Shown: positions 28,091 through 38,074, counted from the first letter of the stretch. The stretch is 64,000 bases of DNA from Candidatus Spongiisociaceae bacterium (GCA_965262915.1 OZ253564.1:2016001-2080000), one strand, 5' to 3'. A program made the numbers and translations. The notes: generated by a model not told the origin, from the sequence alone.

Positions 28091-28957
28091 ATGCCGGAAC
28101 TCCCCGACGTAGTCGTATACCTGGAGGCGTTGGAGCGTTTCATCGGTGGTCGGATCATCGAGCGGGCCCGGGTGGTGTCCATCTCGTTGCTGGGTACCTA
28201 TGACCCCCCACTCCATGAGGTTGAGGGCAAGCGTGTGGTCGGTTTCCGGCGGATGGGCAAACGTCTCGTGTGGGAGTTGGACGACGACCTGTTCATGGTG
28301 TTCCACCTGATGATCGCGGGTCGGTTCCGCTGGCGAAAGCGGGGTGCCCCGGTGCCGAAGAAAGTGGGTCACGCGGCCTTCGACTTTGCGAACGGTACCT
28401 TGGTACTGACCGAGCAGGGCAGCAAGAAGCGGGCCTCGCTCCATATCCACCGGGACCGGGAGGGATTGGCCCGGCACGAGCGGGGCGGCGTCGAGCCTCT
28501 CGAAGCCGATCGTTCCGCATTTTCGAGGGCACTGCTGAGAGGGAACCACACCCTCAAGCGGGCACTCACCGATCCCCGGATACTCTCGGGTATCGGTAAT
28601 GCCTACTCGGACGAGATTCTCCATCGGGCGCGTCTCTCGCCGATAAAGCTCACCAGCCGGCTCACCGACCGCGAGGTCGCCCGTCTCCACGAGGCCACCA
28701 GAGATTCCCTGACCGAGTGGGTGGAGAGGTTGCGCGACGAGGTGGGGGACGGGTTTCCGGAGAAGGTGACAGCCTTCCGCCCCGAGATGGCCGTACACGG
28801 CAAGTACAAGGATCCCTGCCCGGTTTGCGGACACCCCGTCAGGAGGATCGTGTACGCCACCAACGAGACCAACTACTGCGCTGTGTGCCAGACAGGTGGC
28901 AGGATCCTCGCCGATCGCGCCCTCTCCCGGCTCCTGAAGGACGACTGGCCGCGCTGA
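28091..28957 (+). CDS. Fpg/Nei-family DNA glycosylase
   Basis: MPELPDV N-terminus, HLMIAGR, SGIGNAYSDE (H2TH), CPVC...CAVCQ zinc finger. Confidence 0.92.
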   Translation: MPELPDVVVYLEALERFIGGRIIERARVVSISLLGTYDPPLHEVEGKRVVGFRRMGKRLVWELDDDLFMVFHLMIAGRFRWRKRGAPVPKKVGHAAFDFANGTLVLTEQGSKKRASLHIHRDREGLARHERGGVEPLEADRSAFSRALLRGNHTLKRALTDPRILSGIGNAYSDEILHRARLSPIKLTSRLTDREVARLHEATRDSLTEWVERLRDEVGDGFPEKVTAFRPEMAVHGKYKDPCPVCGHPVRRIVYATNETNYCAVCQTGGRILADRALSRLLKDDWPR

Positions 28958-29075
28958 TCGACCTTGGCCAATACGCCTACCGATCTCCCGTTTTCCCGCA
29001 CGATGTTCGCGGAGTCCCCAAAGAACGATCCACCGGGAACTCCTCCAGTCAGGCCGGGACACGCCGTCTATTGTC

Positions 29076-29644
29076 CAGACCGCCGACACCACCCGGGTTG
29101 CCTTCGTGGGTGGGGCTCCCAGAACTCAGGTAGCGCGGTTCGTGGCCGGGCTTGGCCCGAGCGAACGCGACGATGTGGACACCCTTCTCGTGATCTTCAC
29201 GCTGCTGACCTCTCGGACGGTTACTGAAGCCGAGCTTGCGCCGATCATCCAGAAGCAACCCGTCGAGGCCAGATCGGTTCTGAAGCGGTTGGCCTCCGAC
29301 GATCCTGGGATCATCGAGACGACCCTGGAATCCAGAAGGCGGAGGAAGCCGACTTACCGGCTGCGGTCACCGGTTCTCGAATCTCTTGGTAGCGCAGTTC
29401 TATACCAACGGCAGGCCATCGAAGGCGTGGATATCAAGGTCATAGGCGGAGCGCGCATTCGCATATCCAGGACTACGGACGTATAAATAACCGCACTCTT
29501 CGGAACCTCTTCGACATCGATGTCCACCGTGCCAGTGCGCTGCTACGCAACCTCCAACGCCGGGGGCTCCTGGTCAAGACCTCTGAGCAGCAGCGCGGGC
29601 CAGCGGTGGAGTACGGTCCCGGCCCGCAGTTTCCGAGGCACTAA
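29076..29644 (+). pseudogene. C-terminal remnant of an ATP-binding/wHTH (AlbA_2-RecG_C type) protein
   Basis: VGGAPRTQVARF... continues after a frameshift near 29445 into DYGRINNRTLRNLFDIDV...KTSEQQRGPAVEYGPGPQFP; N-terminus absent. Confidence 0.6.
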
Positions 29645-29788
29645 GAGGGCTAGCGGATAGGCGGAGCGCGCTCGCCCGTGTAGTCATTCCGAGGCGGCTG
29701 CTGGTCGAGAAACCCCAGGTCATCGCGGGCGGCTCTTGAAATGTCGCAGCCCGTGTCTCCCCAGGTGAGCACCTATCCGCTAGCCCTC
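29645..29788. mobile_element. MITE family C (144 bp), IS5/IS1031-like ends
   Basis: Perfect 17-bp TIRs GAGGGCTAGCGGATAGG / CCTATCCGCTAGCCCTC flanked by direct TAA (29642-44, 29789-91). Confidence 0.88.
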
Positions 29789-29876
29789 TAAGCCGTTGGC
29801 AGGTTGCGCGCGAGTTTTGCAAACTCTTGAAGTAAGGGTAGACAAAGCAAAAACTATGGCCCGGTGTGCCGGGATG

Positions 29877-30869
29877 TCAGCGGGCGGCGGCTTCCCGCAA
29901 GGCCGGGAGCACTTCCGTACCGACGAGGTCGATCAGGGATTCCTGGTCCACAGCGGCCATCTGGATGGTGACCACATCGGCCGCGACGCCTTCGATCAAG
30001 GGGGTGTAGATGTCGATGATGTCCTGGGCTCCCGAGGCCCGCGCGTACTTGCCGAGGATCTCTTCCCTGGGCAGCTTGTCGGCCCGGCGCCGCAGGGTCA
30101 TCGGATCGACTGCCTGGAGGCGTCCCGGCGCCCGCAGCCCTCGCCACGAGTAGAGGGCTTCCCAGGCCTCCTCGTCGTTCTCGGCCATGATCGCCCAGCG
30201 GGAGGCGAGCACCACCGGGGCAGTGCGACCTGCTTCGGCTGCCGCTCGCGAAGCCGGATCGATCACCCGCTCCAGGGCGACGGCCGGGTCCTTTACGGAC
30301 ACGATGATCCCCTCTGCCTTGCGGCCGGCGAGCCCGGCCGACTTGGGACCTCCGGCCGCCATCAGGATCGGGACCTCGGATGCCGGGGGAGAGTACAGCT
30401 TGGCCCGATCGGTTACGTAGTACTCGCCTTCGTACGAGAGCTTGTCCCCGTCCAGCAGGCGGCGCATTATCTCGAGCGCTTCCGCCATCCTGGCGGCTCG
30501 CTCGGCGTACTTGGGAAAGCGGTAGCCTAAGGGGCCCTCGTTGATGTTCTCGCCGGTTCCGACGCCGAGGGTGAAGCGTCCTCCGCTCAGCCGGTCGAGC
30601 GTGGCGGCCGCCTGCGCAACGACTGCGGGATGGAATCTCCATAGGGGAGTGGTGACCCCGCTGGCCATTTCCAGGTGCGTGGTCGCCTGCGCGATGGCGC
30701 CCAGTGTCGAGAAGGCGAACCCGGAGGCCGAGGAATCGTCCACCCAGGGGTGAAAGTGCTCCGATACGACCACCATGTCGAAACCCGCCGCCTCGGCCAG
30801 TCGAGCGTGGCGGACGAGTTCTTCCGGATGCCATTGTTCATGGCCGCAGAAGTAGGCGAAACGGGTCAT
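29877..30869 (-). CDS. F420-dependent LLM-class oxidoreductase (Fgd/G6PDH-like)
   Basis: GHEQW, SEHFHPW, LGVGTGENINE motifs. Confidence 0.88.
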   Translation of the reverse strand: MTRFAYFCGHEQWHPEELVRHARLAEAAGFDMVVVSEHFHPWVDDSSASGFAFSTLGAIAQATTHLEMASGVTTPLWRFHPAVVAQAAATLDRLSGGRFTLGVGTGENINEGPLGYRFPKYAERAARMAEALEIMRRLLDGDKLSYEGEYYVTDRAKLYSPPASEVPILMAAGGPKSAGLAGRKAEGIIVSVKDPAVALERVIDPASRAAAEAGRTAPVVLASRWAIMAENDEEAWEALYSWRGLRAPGRLQAVDPMTLRRRADKLPREEILGKYARASGAQDIIDIYTPLIEGVAADVVTIQMAAVDQESLIDLVGTEVLPALREAAAR

Positions 30870-30958
30870 CGGAGGTGCATCACGGTCGGGATACTACCTT
30901 CGTGCGGATCGGGGCAGATCCACCGGTGGCCTCTCGCCTGACGCCGGACTCCTTCCAG

Positions 30959-31053
30959 GAGAGTGCTGAGCAATCCACCCGCGGCCTGTCGCTCCACGAA
31001 GTGCCTGGTCAACGGGAACGGGCCAACAGCAACCGTCATTGTTCAGCATTTTT
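30959..31053. mobile_element. MITE family A copy (degenerate)
   Basis: CCAG-GAGAGTGCTGAG...GTTCAGCATTTTT-CTAA. Confidence 0.65.
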
Positions 31054-31218
31054 CTAAGCCGGCGCGGGCCACATGTACAGCAGCGCCATGATGGCGATGA
31101 ACAGGACCGCGGCAAGGACGAAGCCCCACCGGTTCCGGCGCGGGGCGTCGGGAGGTGGCATTGCCCGCGTAGGATAGACGCCCGCGACCCGGTCCAGGAA
31201 CCAATCTCGGCATCCGTG

Positions 31219-31911
31219 CTACCAGACGGGCCAAGGCAGTGGAGGGCGGTCGGTCGGGGGGAAGGGATGCACCGGTTCCGCCAGGAGATCCTTGACCCGT
31301 TCCGCCAGAGCATCGGCTTCGCGCCCGCTCAGGAGTTCCGAGGCACGGGCCCAAAGCCGATGCTCGAGGGCATTATCCAGCCGCCGGACCGCCGCCACCA
31401 TGCTGTCCGGCAGGCGTTTTCCCGAGAACCCCCACAAGACGGTACGGAGTTTGGGTTGGGCGTGGAGGGTGACCCCATGGTCGATACACCAGAGGTGGCC
31501 TGACCGGTCGGCGATCACGTGTCCTGCCTTGCGGTCGGCGTTGTTGATCACCAGATCCAGGGTGACCACCGGCCAGAGCCGTGCATCGGACCGGTTGATG
31601 AGGGGGGCCGGGTCGAACTCATCGTTCACCTCGATGAACTCCTGGGCCGATCCCGGGCCGAACGGACCCTCCACTGCGAGAGTCTCGGGAACGGAGGACA
31701 GGCCGGCCGCTTCGGAAAGCTCGAACGTGAGTACCTCTCGGGCGGGCAGCGTGCGGGAGTCGAAGTCGTATAGGGGGCGCTGGCCCTGCTCGGGTTTGTA
31801 GACGACCAGCCGGCCCGTGTCCGTCGCAGCCAGCAGGGTTGCATTGGAGGCGTTGCGGAACCGTCCGATCACCTCGGTGATGGTCCAACCGCCGGAGGGC
31901 TGCTCGGTCAC
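31219..31911 (-). CDS. SCO1664-family kinase-like protein
   Basis: ASNAT, VYKP..QRPLYDF, NNADRKAGH, IDHGV, KLRTVLWGF. Confidence 0.88.
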   Translation of the reverse strand: MTEQPSGGWTITEVIGRFRNASNATLLAATDTGRLVVYKPEQGQRPLYDFDSRTLPAREVLTFELSEAAGLSSVPETLAVEGPFGPGSAQEFIEVNDEFDPAPLINRSDARLWPVVTLDLVINNADRKAGHVIADRSGHLWCIDHGVTLHAQPKLRTVLWGFSGKRLPDSMVAAVRRLDNALEHRLWARASELLSGREADALAERVKDLLAEPVHPFPPTDRPPLPWPVW

Positions 31912-32423
31912 CCGGGCAGGCGGTGGCCGTTGCCCGAGGGACAGTCATGCCCGTCCGGCTCCTCGGGGAGCAAGCAGTTCGGGCACTGCGGGCGCCCGGC
32001 GTGGACCGCCTTGAGCGCCAGGGTGGCCGCGGCGCGGAGTTGCTCGGCGTTGATCGCGAACACGACCCGGTCGTCGCCCTCGCTGCTCTCCAGCATGAGG
32101 ATCAGTCGGTCCCGGCTGTCGATCCTCATGGCGATGGACCGGACCGCGAATATGACATCGGTGGGACCGGACGGCGCGGGCAGATCCCCGGCACCGGATA
32201 CCATGCCTTCGATCAGGTCTTCGTCCACCTTCCATCCGAGGTTCGATAGCAGCTCCAGGCCCTGCTCCCCGAGCGCCGCTGCCTGACCCTTCTCGCACTT
32301 GAACCAGGTGGACCCACCGCCGCCTTCGATGAAGAGGTAGAACGTTCTTCGTCCCGGTTCGCCTATGGCGCCCACGAGGAAGCGGTCCACCATTCCGAAG
32401 TCACGGTTCGAGCCCCCGTTCAT
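31908..32423 (-). CDS. DUF3090-family protein
   Basis: GAIGEPGRRTFY, KCEKGQ, AGRPQCPNC...GHDCP.GNGH; conserved gene trio context. Confidence 0.85.
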   Translation of the reverse strand: MNGGSNRDFGMVDRFLVGAIGEPGRRTFYLFIEGGGGSTWFKCEKGQAAALGEQGLELLSNLGWKVDEDLIEGMVSGAGDLPAPSGPTDVIFAVRSIAMRIDSRDRLILMLESSEGDDRVVFAINAEQLRAAATLALKAVHAGRPQCPNCLLPEEPDGHDCPSGNGHRLPG

Positions 32424-33022
32424 CGGCGGGCGTCCGAGGCGTTGATGGACACCACCCACGGGGATCCGCCGTCCTCGAGACGGACGTCCGAGATCGAGGC
32501 GGTGGAGATGCGGAAGCGCTGGAAAAGGTCGAGCGGTTGTCCGAGGAAGTGGGATAGGAGCAACTTGATCACGTCGCTGTGGCTTACCGCCACCACGGTG
32601 CCCCCACGATGTTCCCCGGCGATACGCTGGGTGCATTCCACCGCCCTCGCCTGCGCCTCGACGAACGACTCGCCACCCGGGAACCGGAACCGCGAGGGTG
32701 CCTGCTGGACGGTTTCCCACAGATCTGTGCGGCGAAGCGAATCGAGCGTTTCTCCGGTCCACGTCCCGAAGTCGATCTCGGTCAGTCCCGGTTCCGGGAT
32801 GGGGCGGAGTTCGTGGGGCCGGCCCACGATACGGGCTGTCTCGATGGTCCGATCGATGGGGGAACTGTAGACGGCCGAGAGTTCGAGATCGGCGAGCGCC
32901 GCGCCGGTGGCACGCGCCGCCTCCCTTCCGGCCTCATCGAGCGAAACGCCCGGGAGCCTCCCGGTGAGACGGGTTCCCGTCTCCGGGGTCGGGGCGTGGC
33001 GGACCAGGATTATGCGTGCCAT
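32420..33022 (-). CDS. Histidine phosphatase (MSMEG_4193-like)
   Basis: LVRHA, SSP.DRT.ETA, FPGGES, VSHSDVIK. Confidence 0.88.
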   Translation of the reverse strand: MARIILVRHAPTPETGTRLTGRLPGVSLDEAGREAARATGAALADLELSAVYSSPIDRTIETARIVGRPHELRPIPEPGLTEIDFGTWTGETLDSLRRTDLWETVQQAPSRFRFPGGESFVEAQARAVECTQRIAGEHRGGTVVAVSHSDVIKLLLSHFLGQPLDLFQRFRISTASISDVRLEDGGSPWVVSINASDARR

Positions 33023-33037
33023 TCGCGGCCCAGGCTA

Positions 33038-33200
33038 GTGGTCTGTCAGCAAAATGATTCGGCGTGCCCTGCTTGCCATCAACGTCCCTCGCTGCGTTCC
33101 GCCTCCTCGACGTACCGCGGCGGGTACGCCTTCGTCGGCGGGTCTTGCGAGGAACGCCGCTGCCGGCGCATGCCACACCACCATTTCACGGACAGACCAC
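33038..33200. mobile_element. MITE family B copy (163 bp)
   Basis: GTGGTCTGTC...GACAGACCAC TIRs; same length and interior as 39894-40056; followed by a partial derivative from ~33203. Confidence 0.85.
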
Positions 33201-33362
33201 TGTGGGTCTGTCCGTGATGGGCCTCGCGGTGGCCCGCGGGACGAACACCGCCGCTGCGCGCCGCACCGGGATTCGCGACCAGACCGTACGATGATGTACC
33301 GGGACGGCACGGGATGACCCCCGGTTCCCCGCTACGCAGGGTCCCCGGTGCGGTCGCCGCCC

Positions 33363-34043
33363 TCACCCGTTGCCGGTCAACGGTTCGATGTTCTCGGCAA
33401 GATTGTTCCTGACCTTGTTCACGAGGGTCGATACTGCATGGCGGCTTATCCGATCGGCGGCAATCGGCGCCAGTACGGGCTCCACCAACTCGGGTGATCT
33501 GATGTCGCGGTCCAGCCACAGATCCCAGCCGTGCGGCTCGAGGATCACCGGCATCCTCGTATGGATCGAGGAGAGGGCCTCGTTGGCGTAGGTGGTTATG
33601 ATCGCGCAGCTCCGGATCCACTCGCCGCTGTCCGGGTCTCTCCACGATGCCCAGATGCCGGCGAACCCCATGGGACGGCGATCGGCCATGGTCACGTAGT
33701 AGGGACGCCGCCCGGTGGCTTTGGGGCCCCATTCGAAGAACCCGCTCGCAGGGATGATGCACCGCTTGCGACGGAGAGAGTCGCGGAAGGCCGGTCTGGT
33801 CGCCACCGTCTCCGCCCTGGCGTTGATGTTGAGCGGCCCCTTCCGGTCACGGGCCCAATGAGGGATCAATCCCCAACGGAACACCCCCAGCAGGCGGGCG
33901 CCACCATGTTCGGCGACCCCGTACACCTCTTCTGTCGGCGCCACGTTGTAGCTGCGATCCAGTGGGTCGGTCACGACACGATCCACGCCGAAGTAATCGG
34001 CCAGAGCCCCGGCATCGTCGTTGATCACATACCGCCCGCACAT
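33363..34043 (-). CDS. SOS response-associated peptidase (SRAP/YedK-HMCES family)
   Basis: MCGRY N-terminus, YNVAPT, WGLIP, INARAET, GFFEW, HTRMPVIL. Confidence 0.93.
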   Translation of the reverse strand: MCGRYVINDDAGALADYFGVDRVVTDPLDRSYNVAPTEEVYGVAEHGGARLLGVFRWGLIPHWARDRKGPLNINARAETVATRPAFRDSLRRKRCIIPASGFFEWGPKATGRRPYYVTMADRRPMGFAGIWASWRDPDSGEWIRSCAIITTYANEALSSIHTRMPVILEPHGWDLWLDRDIRSPELVEPVLAPIAADRISRHAVSTLVNKVRNNLAENIEPLTGNG

Positions 34044-34116
34044 GGTGGCGCCAGCGTACCGCCACATGGGGGAACCGGCGTCCGGTGCTCCGGGTTCGTC
34101 ACTAACCTGGGATCAT

Positions 34117-34494
34117 GGCGAGTTCGCCGGACGGCCGCGGTTGCCAGGCAATCGAGGAAAGTCCGGACTCCACAGGACAGGGAGCTGGGTAACACCCAGG
34201 CGGGGCGACCCGACGGAAAGTGCCACAGAAACCAGACCGCCGATGGCCGAGGAGGGTGCTGAGCACCCTCCTAACGGCACAGGCAAGGGTGAAACGGTGG
34301 TGTAAGAGACCACCAGCATCCCGGGAGACCGGGGTGGCTGGTAAACCCCTCCCGGAGCAAGGTCGAACAGAGGCGCCGGTGGTCCGCCGACCAAGCCTCG
34401 GGTGGACCGCACCGAGGTCTGACGGCAACGCAGGCCCCAGATGGATGGCCGTCACCCGTAGGGGTACAGAATCCGGCTTACAGGCGGACTCGCC
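34117..34494 (+). ncRNA. rnpB: RNase P RNA (type A)
   Basis: GAGGAAAGTCCGGACTCC, GGAAAGTGCCACAGAAA, GGGTGAAACGGTGGTGTAAGAGACCACC, ACAGAATCCGGCTTA; terminal P1 GGCGAGTT/GACTCGCC. Confidence 0.97.
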
Positions 34495-34512
34495 ACACCG
34501 GCCGGTCGGAGA

Positions 34513-34920
34513 TCAGGACGGTCCCGTGCTCGCACCCTCAGACCTCCGTCCGAGGGTTCCCCCGCCGTAGCCGATCGCTGCCGCCACCACTCCGAACACC
34601 ACCAGGGTCGGGACCCCGGCCGGGCTCCCGGATAGCAGGCTGAGCGACGCGAATACGGTGTAGGCACCGAGAGCGGCAAGGCTGCCGTGCAGCCCGGCCG
34701 CTCTCGGTCCGGCGAGCCGGCCCGCTACGTATCCGCCTACGAGCTCGCCTGCCAGCAGCGACAGGGACAGGACGAGCAATGTTGCGGTCCGGCCGGTTGC
34801 CAGACCTAGCCGGCCGCCCAGCCAGAGAAGCGCCGTTCCCAGGAATACGGCGACGACCATCAACAGCAGACCCGCGACCGCGCCCAAACCCACGGTCCCC
34901 CAACGGAATGGTGCCGGCAA
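34513..34920 (-). CDS. Small 4-TM membrane protein (start uncertain)
   Basis: Hydrophobic helices, GGYVAGRLA...LHG motif; upstream region occupied by a MITE. Confidence 0.6.
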   Translation of the reverse strand: MPAPFRWGTVGLGAVAGLLLMVVAVFLGTALLWLGGRLGLATGRTATLLVLSLSLLAGELVGGYVAGRLAGPRAAGLHGSLAALGAYTVFASLSLLSGSPAGVPTLVVFGVVAAAIGYGGGTLGRRSEGASTGPS

Positions 34921-34941
34921 GGCGCTCCTCTCTCGATCTAG

Positions 34942-35040
34942 GAGGGTGGTGAGTAATCCAGCGGCGGGTTGTCGATTCGATGGCAAGATGCCACGTCGGC
35001 GAGTACCGGGCCTGGAGCAGTCGTCATTGTTCAGCCTCTC
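34942..35040. mobile_element. MITE family A copy
   Basis: CTAG-GAGGGTGGTGAG...TCGATGGCAAGATGC...GTTCAGCCTCTC. Confidence 0.7.
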
Positions 35041-35202
35041 CGAGAGGTCTGTCCGTGAATTGCGCTGTGGCTTGCAGGCTACGGCATGTCGCCTCGCAGA
35101 CGGGCCGCGAAGCGAAAAATAGGGTGATCGGGGATCATTCTGAAACTCGCCACGATCACGGTGGGTCTAAACGCGAGACACACACAACAAAGGGAGGTTG
35201 AG

Positions 35203-35838
35203 TTGACTGGTTCGCTGAACAGGTATCTGGCCGAGCTACTCGGCACGTTCGTGCTGGTAGCCCTGGGTTCCATGGCGATTCTCAATGCGGATGGGAGCGT
35301 GTTGATGATCGCCTTCGGGTTCGGTCTCGCCCTACTGGCTGCCATCTATATGTTTGGTGACCGCTCGGGAGCTCACTTTAACCCGGCGGTTACCCTGGCC
35401 ATGCTGCTCCGGGGGAGCATCTCCGGGTCGGACCTGGTCGGATACATTGTCGCCCAGGTGGCCGGCGCGGTTCTGGCCGCAGGGCTCGTGTTCTACGCGG
35501 CGGGCAACGCCGTAAGGGGTACCGTCACCGCGGTAGGCGGGATCGATCCCGTCCAGGCCTTCATAATCGAGGCCATCCTCACGGCTGTGTTCGTGATCGT
35601 GATCCTTCGTACCACGTCGGGTGAGGGGAGTGCGGTGGCGCCGGTTGCGATAGCCTTGGCGCTGCTGGTGGTCCATCTGGCCGCGGTACCGCTGACCGGT
35701 GCGTCTGTAAACCCGGCCCGGAGCCTTGGTCCCGCCATCATCGCCGCCGACTATGGCGACGTGTGGGTCTACATCCTGGGACCTGCGGTGGGAGCGGTCA
35801 TCGGCGTCTACGTGGACAAGTTCGTAAGCGAGTCGTAA
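35203..35838 (+). CDS. MIP-family channel (aquaporin)
   Basis: AELLGTF, SGAHFNPAVT, GASVNPARSLGPA; TTG start after GGAGG. Confidence 0.93.
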   Translation: MTGSLNRYLAELLGTFVLVALGSMAILNADGSVLMIAFGFGLALLAAIYMFGDRSGAHFNPAVTLAMLLRGSISGSDLVGYIVAQVAGAVLAAGLVFYAAGNAVRGTVTAVGGIDPVQAFIIEAILTAVFVIVILRTTSGEGSAVAPVAIALALLVVHLAAVPLTGASVNPARSLGPAIIAADYGDVWVYILGPAVGAVIGVYVDKFVSES

Positions 35839-36065
35839 AGGCCTCACTCCTCGGGCCTTTGGGGTGCGGGGTCGGGCGGTGTCCCGGCCCCGTACCTGCG
35901 TTCCGGGGCGGGTTCGGATGGTCCGGCCGGCGACGCGGGCACCTGAGGTAGCGTTCGGCGGCGGGTTGTCAATCGGTAGGTGGCCGCGGGCGACCGGGCA
36001 GCCTCGATACTCACGATTCACCATCTGCTGCTCACCTGTCACCGGCTACTGGATACGGGCTACCG

Positions 36066-37118
36066 GTGACTGATAAGCTCCGGGCCGTGGCGGATTTCTC
36101 CTGGCCGATGATTCTCGGAACCCTCGCCGGCGGTTCCGACCTCACGCGCGACCAGGCGAGGAGCGCGATGCGAGAGGTGATGGCTGGGAACGCCACCCCC
36201 GCGCAGATCGCCGGCCTGATCGTGGCGCTCCGCATGAAGGGCGAGACCACCGAAGAGATGGTGGGACTGGTCGAGGGGATGCTGGAGGCGGCCGTCCGCG
36301 CCGATCTCGGGGACGCCGACCCGGTCGATATCGTCGGTACCGGCGGTGACCGCTCCGGCACCTTCAACATATCCACCACGGCGTCGCTCATTGCGGCCGG
36401 TGCGGGGATCCCGATCGCCAAGCACGGCAATCGTTCCATGTCATCGAAGTGCGGGTCGGCCGACGTGCTCGAAGCGCTGGGTGTGGTGATCGACCTACCG
36501 GTGCAACGGAACTGCCGGCTCTTCCGTGAGACGGGCTACGCGTTCTTCCTTGCGCCCGTCTACCACCCGGCGATGCGGTATGCCGGTCCGGTCAGGAAGG
36601 AGTTGGGTATCCCCACGGTGTTCAACTTCCTCGGTCCGTTGAGCAATCCGGCGCGGGTGCGACGCTACGCGCTGGGCGTAGCGGACGGGCGAATGGCGCA
36701 GCGCATGGTCCGCGTGCTCGATCTCCTGGGCGCGGAACGCGCCCTGGTTTTCCATGGCGAAGACGGGCTCGACGAACTGACCTTGAGTGGACCATCGGTG
36801 ATCTGGCGCCTGGAGGGAGGCAAGGTCACGAGGACGGAGTTCGTACCGGAGGACGTGGGGCTCCGCCGGAGACCGGTGGGCGATGTGCTGGGCGGTACGG
36901 TCGAGACCAACGCGGCCATAACACGCCGGGTGCTGGGCGGTGCTCCGGGACCCTATCGTGACATCGCCGTGTTGAACGCCGCCGCGGCGGTACTCGTCTC
37001 GGGGAGGGTCCGGAGCATGGAGGACGGGATTTCGGTGGCGGCCGACGCCATCGACAGCGGCGCGGCCGAGGCCGCGCTGGCAAGGGTGGCGGATCGCAGC
37101 CGGGAGTTGGCCTCCTAG
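36066..37118 (+). CDS. trpD: Anthranilate phosphoribosyltransferase
   Basis: DIVGTGGD, FNIST, KHGNRSMSSKCGSADVLE, FNFLGPLSNP, DGLDE. Confidence 0.96.
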   Translation: MTDKLRAVADFSWPMILGTLAGGSDLTRDQARSAMREVMAGNATPAQIAGLIVALRMKGETTEEMVGLVEGMLEAAVRADLGDADPVDIVGTGGDRSGTFNISTTASLIAAGAGIPIAKHGNRSMSSKCGSADVLEALGVVIDLPVQRNCRLFRETGYAFFLAPVYHPAMRYAGPVRKELGIPTVFNFLGPLSNPARVRRYALGVADGRMAQRMVRVLDLLGAERALVFHGEDGLDELTLSGPSVIWRLEGGKVTRTEFVPEDVGLRRRPVGDVLGGTVETNAAITRRVLGGAPGPYRDIAVLNAAAAVLVSGRVRSMEDGISVAADAIDSGAAEAALARVADRSRELAS

Positions 37119-37190
37119 GGGAGGGCCGTTCCGCTCAACTACCTCCGTTTCCCGGTGCCGCTAGCCCTGTTTCGTAGGTATCATGGGGCC

Positions 37191-37886
37191 ATGACAGCCC
37201 GCCGTCTCGCCGTTCTGGTCGCCTTGGCCATGGCCTGGGTACTCGGGGCGTGCGGCGGCGGAACCGGGGAACAGGTCGATGCGGCCGAGCCGGCCACCAC
37301 CACTGCACCGGCCACATCATCCGCTACGACCACGGTACCCCCAGCGACGGTCGCGGAGGAGTCACCTCCGGCATCCACTACCGCCACCGCCGTCCCGCAG
37401 GAACAACCGGACGAGGAGGTCGTGACCACCACCGCGCTGGAGTCGGTCTCGGTCACGGAACCCGCCGCCGTGCCGGAAGGCCCCCCTATCCCGGCCGTGA
37501 CGCTGGAACTGGACGACGGAACCGTCTTCGTCACCGCGGAGGCGACCCGGCCGGTGCTGTACGTTTTCTGGGCGGAGTGGTGACCGGCATGTCGACGGGA
37601 GTTGCCCGTCATCGACGCCTTGGCCCAGGAGTACGCGGGCAAGGTGGATGTGATCGCCATCGCCTGGGCCTCCACGCACGACAAGACGGCCGCTGCAGCC
37701 GGCGGTCTTCTCCCTTCCGGGGCTACCCGCTGGACGCTCGACGAGGACAACTCGGTGTTCGCCGCCTTCGCTGTGAACAGCCAGCCCGTGGCGATACTGG
37801 CGACGGCCGGGGTGGAAGTGAATCGGTGGTTCGGAAATATCGGCGAGGAGGAGCTCCGGCAGGGCCTCCAAGCCGTGACCGCTTGA
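37191..37886 (+). CDS. TlpA/thioredoxin-like lipoprotein with in-frame UGA; probable selenoprotein (UxxC)
   Basis: Lipobox VLGAC, T/A/P-rich linker, then FWAEW-TGA-PACRRELP continuing in frame to a full thioredoxin fold; hairpin right after the TGA. Confidence 0.8.
37591..37616 (+). promoter_or_regulatory. Candidate bacterial SECIS element
   Basis: Stem GACGGG/CCCGTC with loop AGTTG starting 17 nt after TGA (37581-83); G in second loop position. Confidence 0.6.
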
Positions 37887-37892
37887 TTCGAG

Positions 37893-37993
37893 GAGGGTAC
37901 TGAAAACGCCCCCGTTGGCCCGGTGTGGTCGATGGCAAGGTGCGACGTCAGCGGGGTGACGGGCCAACCCTTATCCCGTTCTTCTGCACTCTC
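37893..37993. mobile_element. MITE family A copy
   Basis: GAGGGTACTGAAAAC...TCGATGGCAAGGTGC...CTGCACTCTC. Confidence 0.75.
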
Positions 37994-38074
37994 CAGTGGC
38001 GAGCCGCGAGTTGTCTCTGCGTGCAACGGTGGCGTGATAGGCTGGCCACGGCGAGTTGTCCAGCAGGTGGAACG

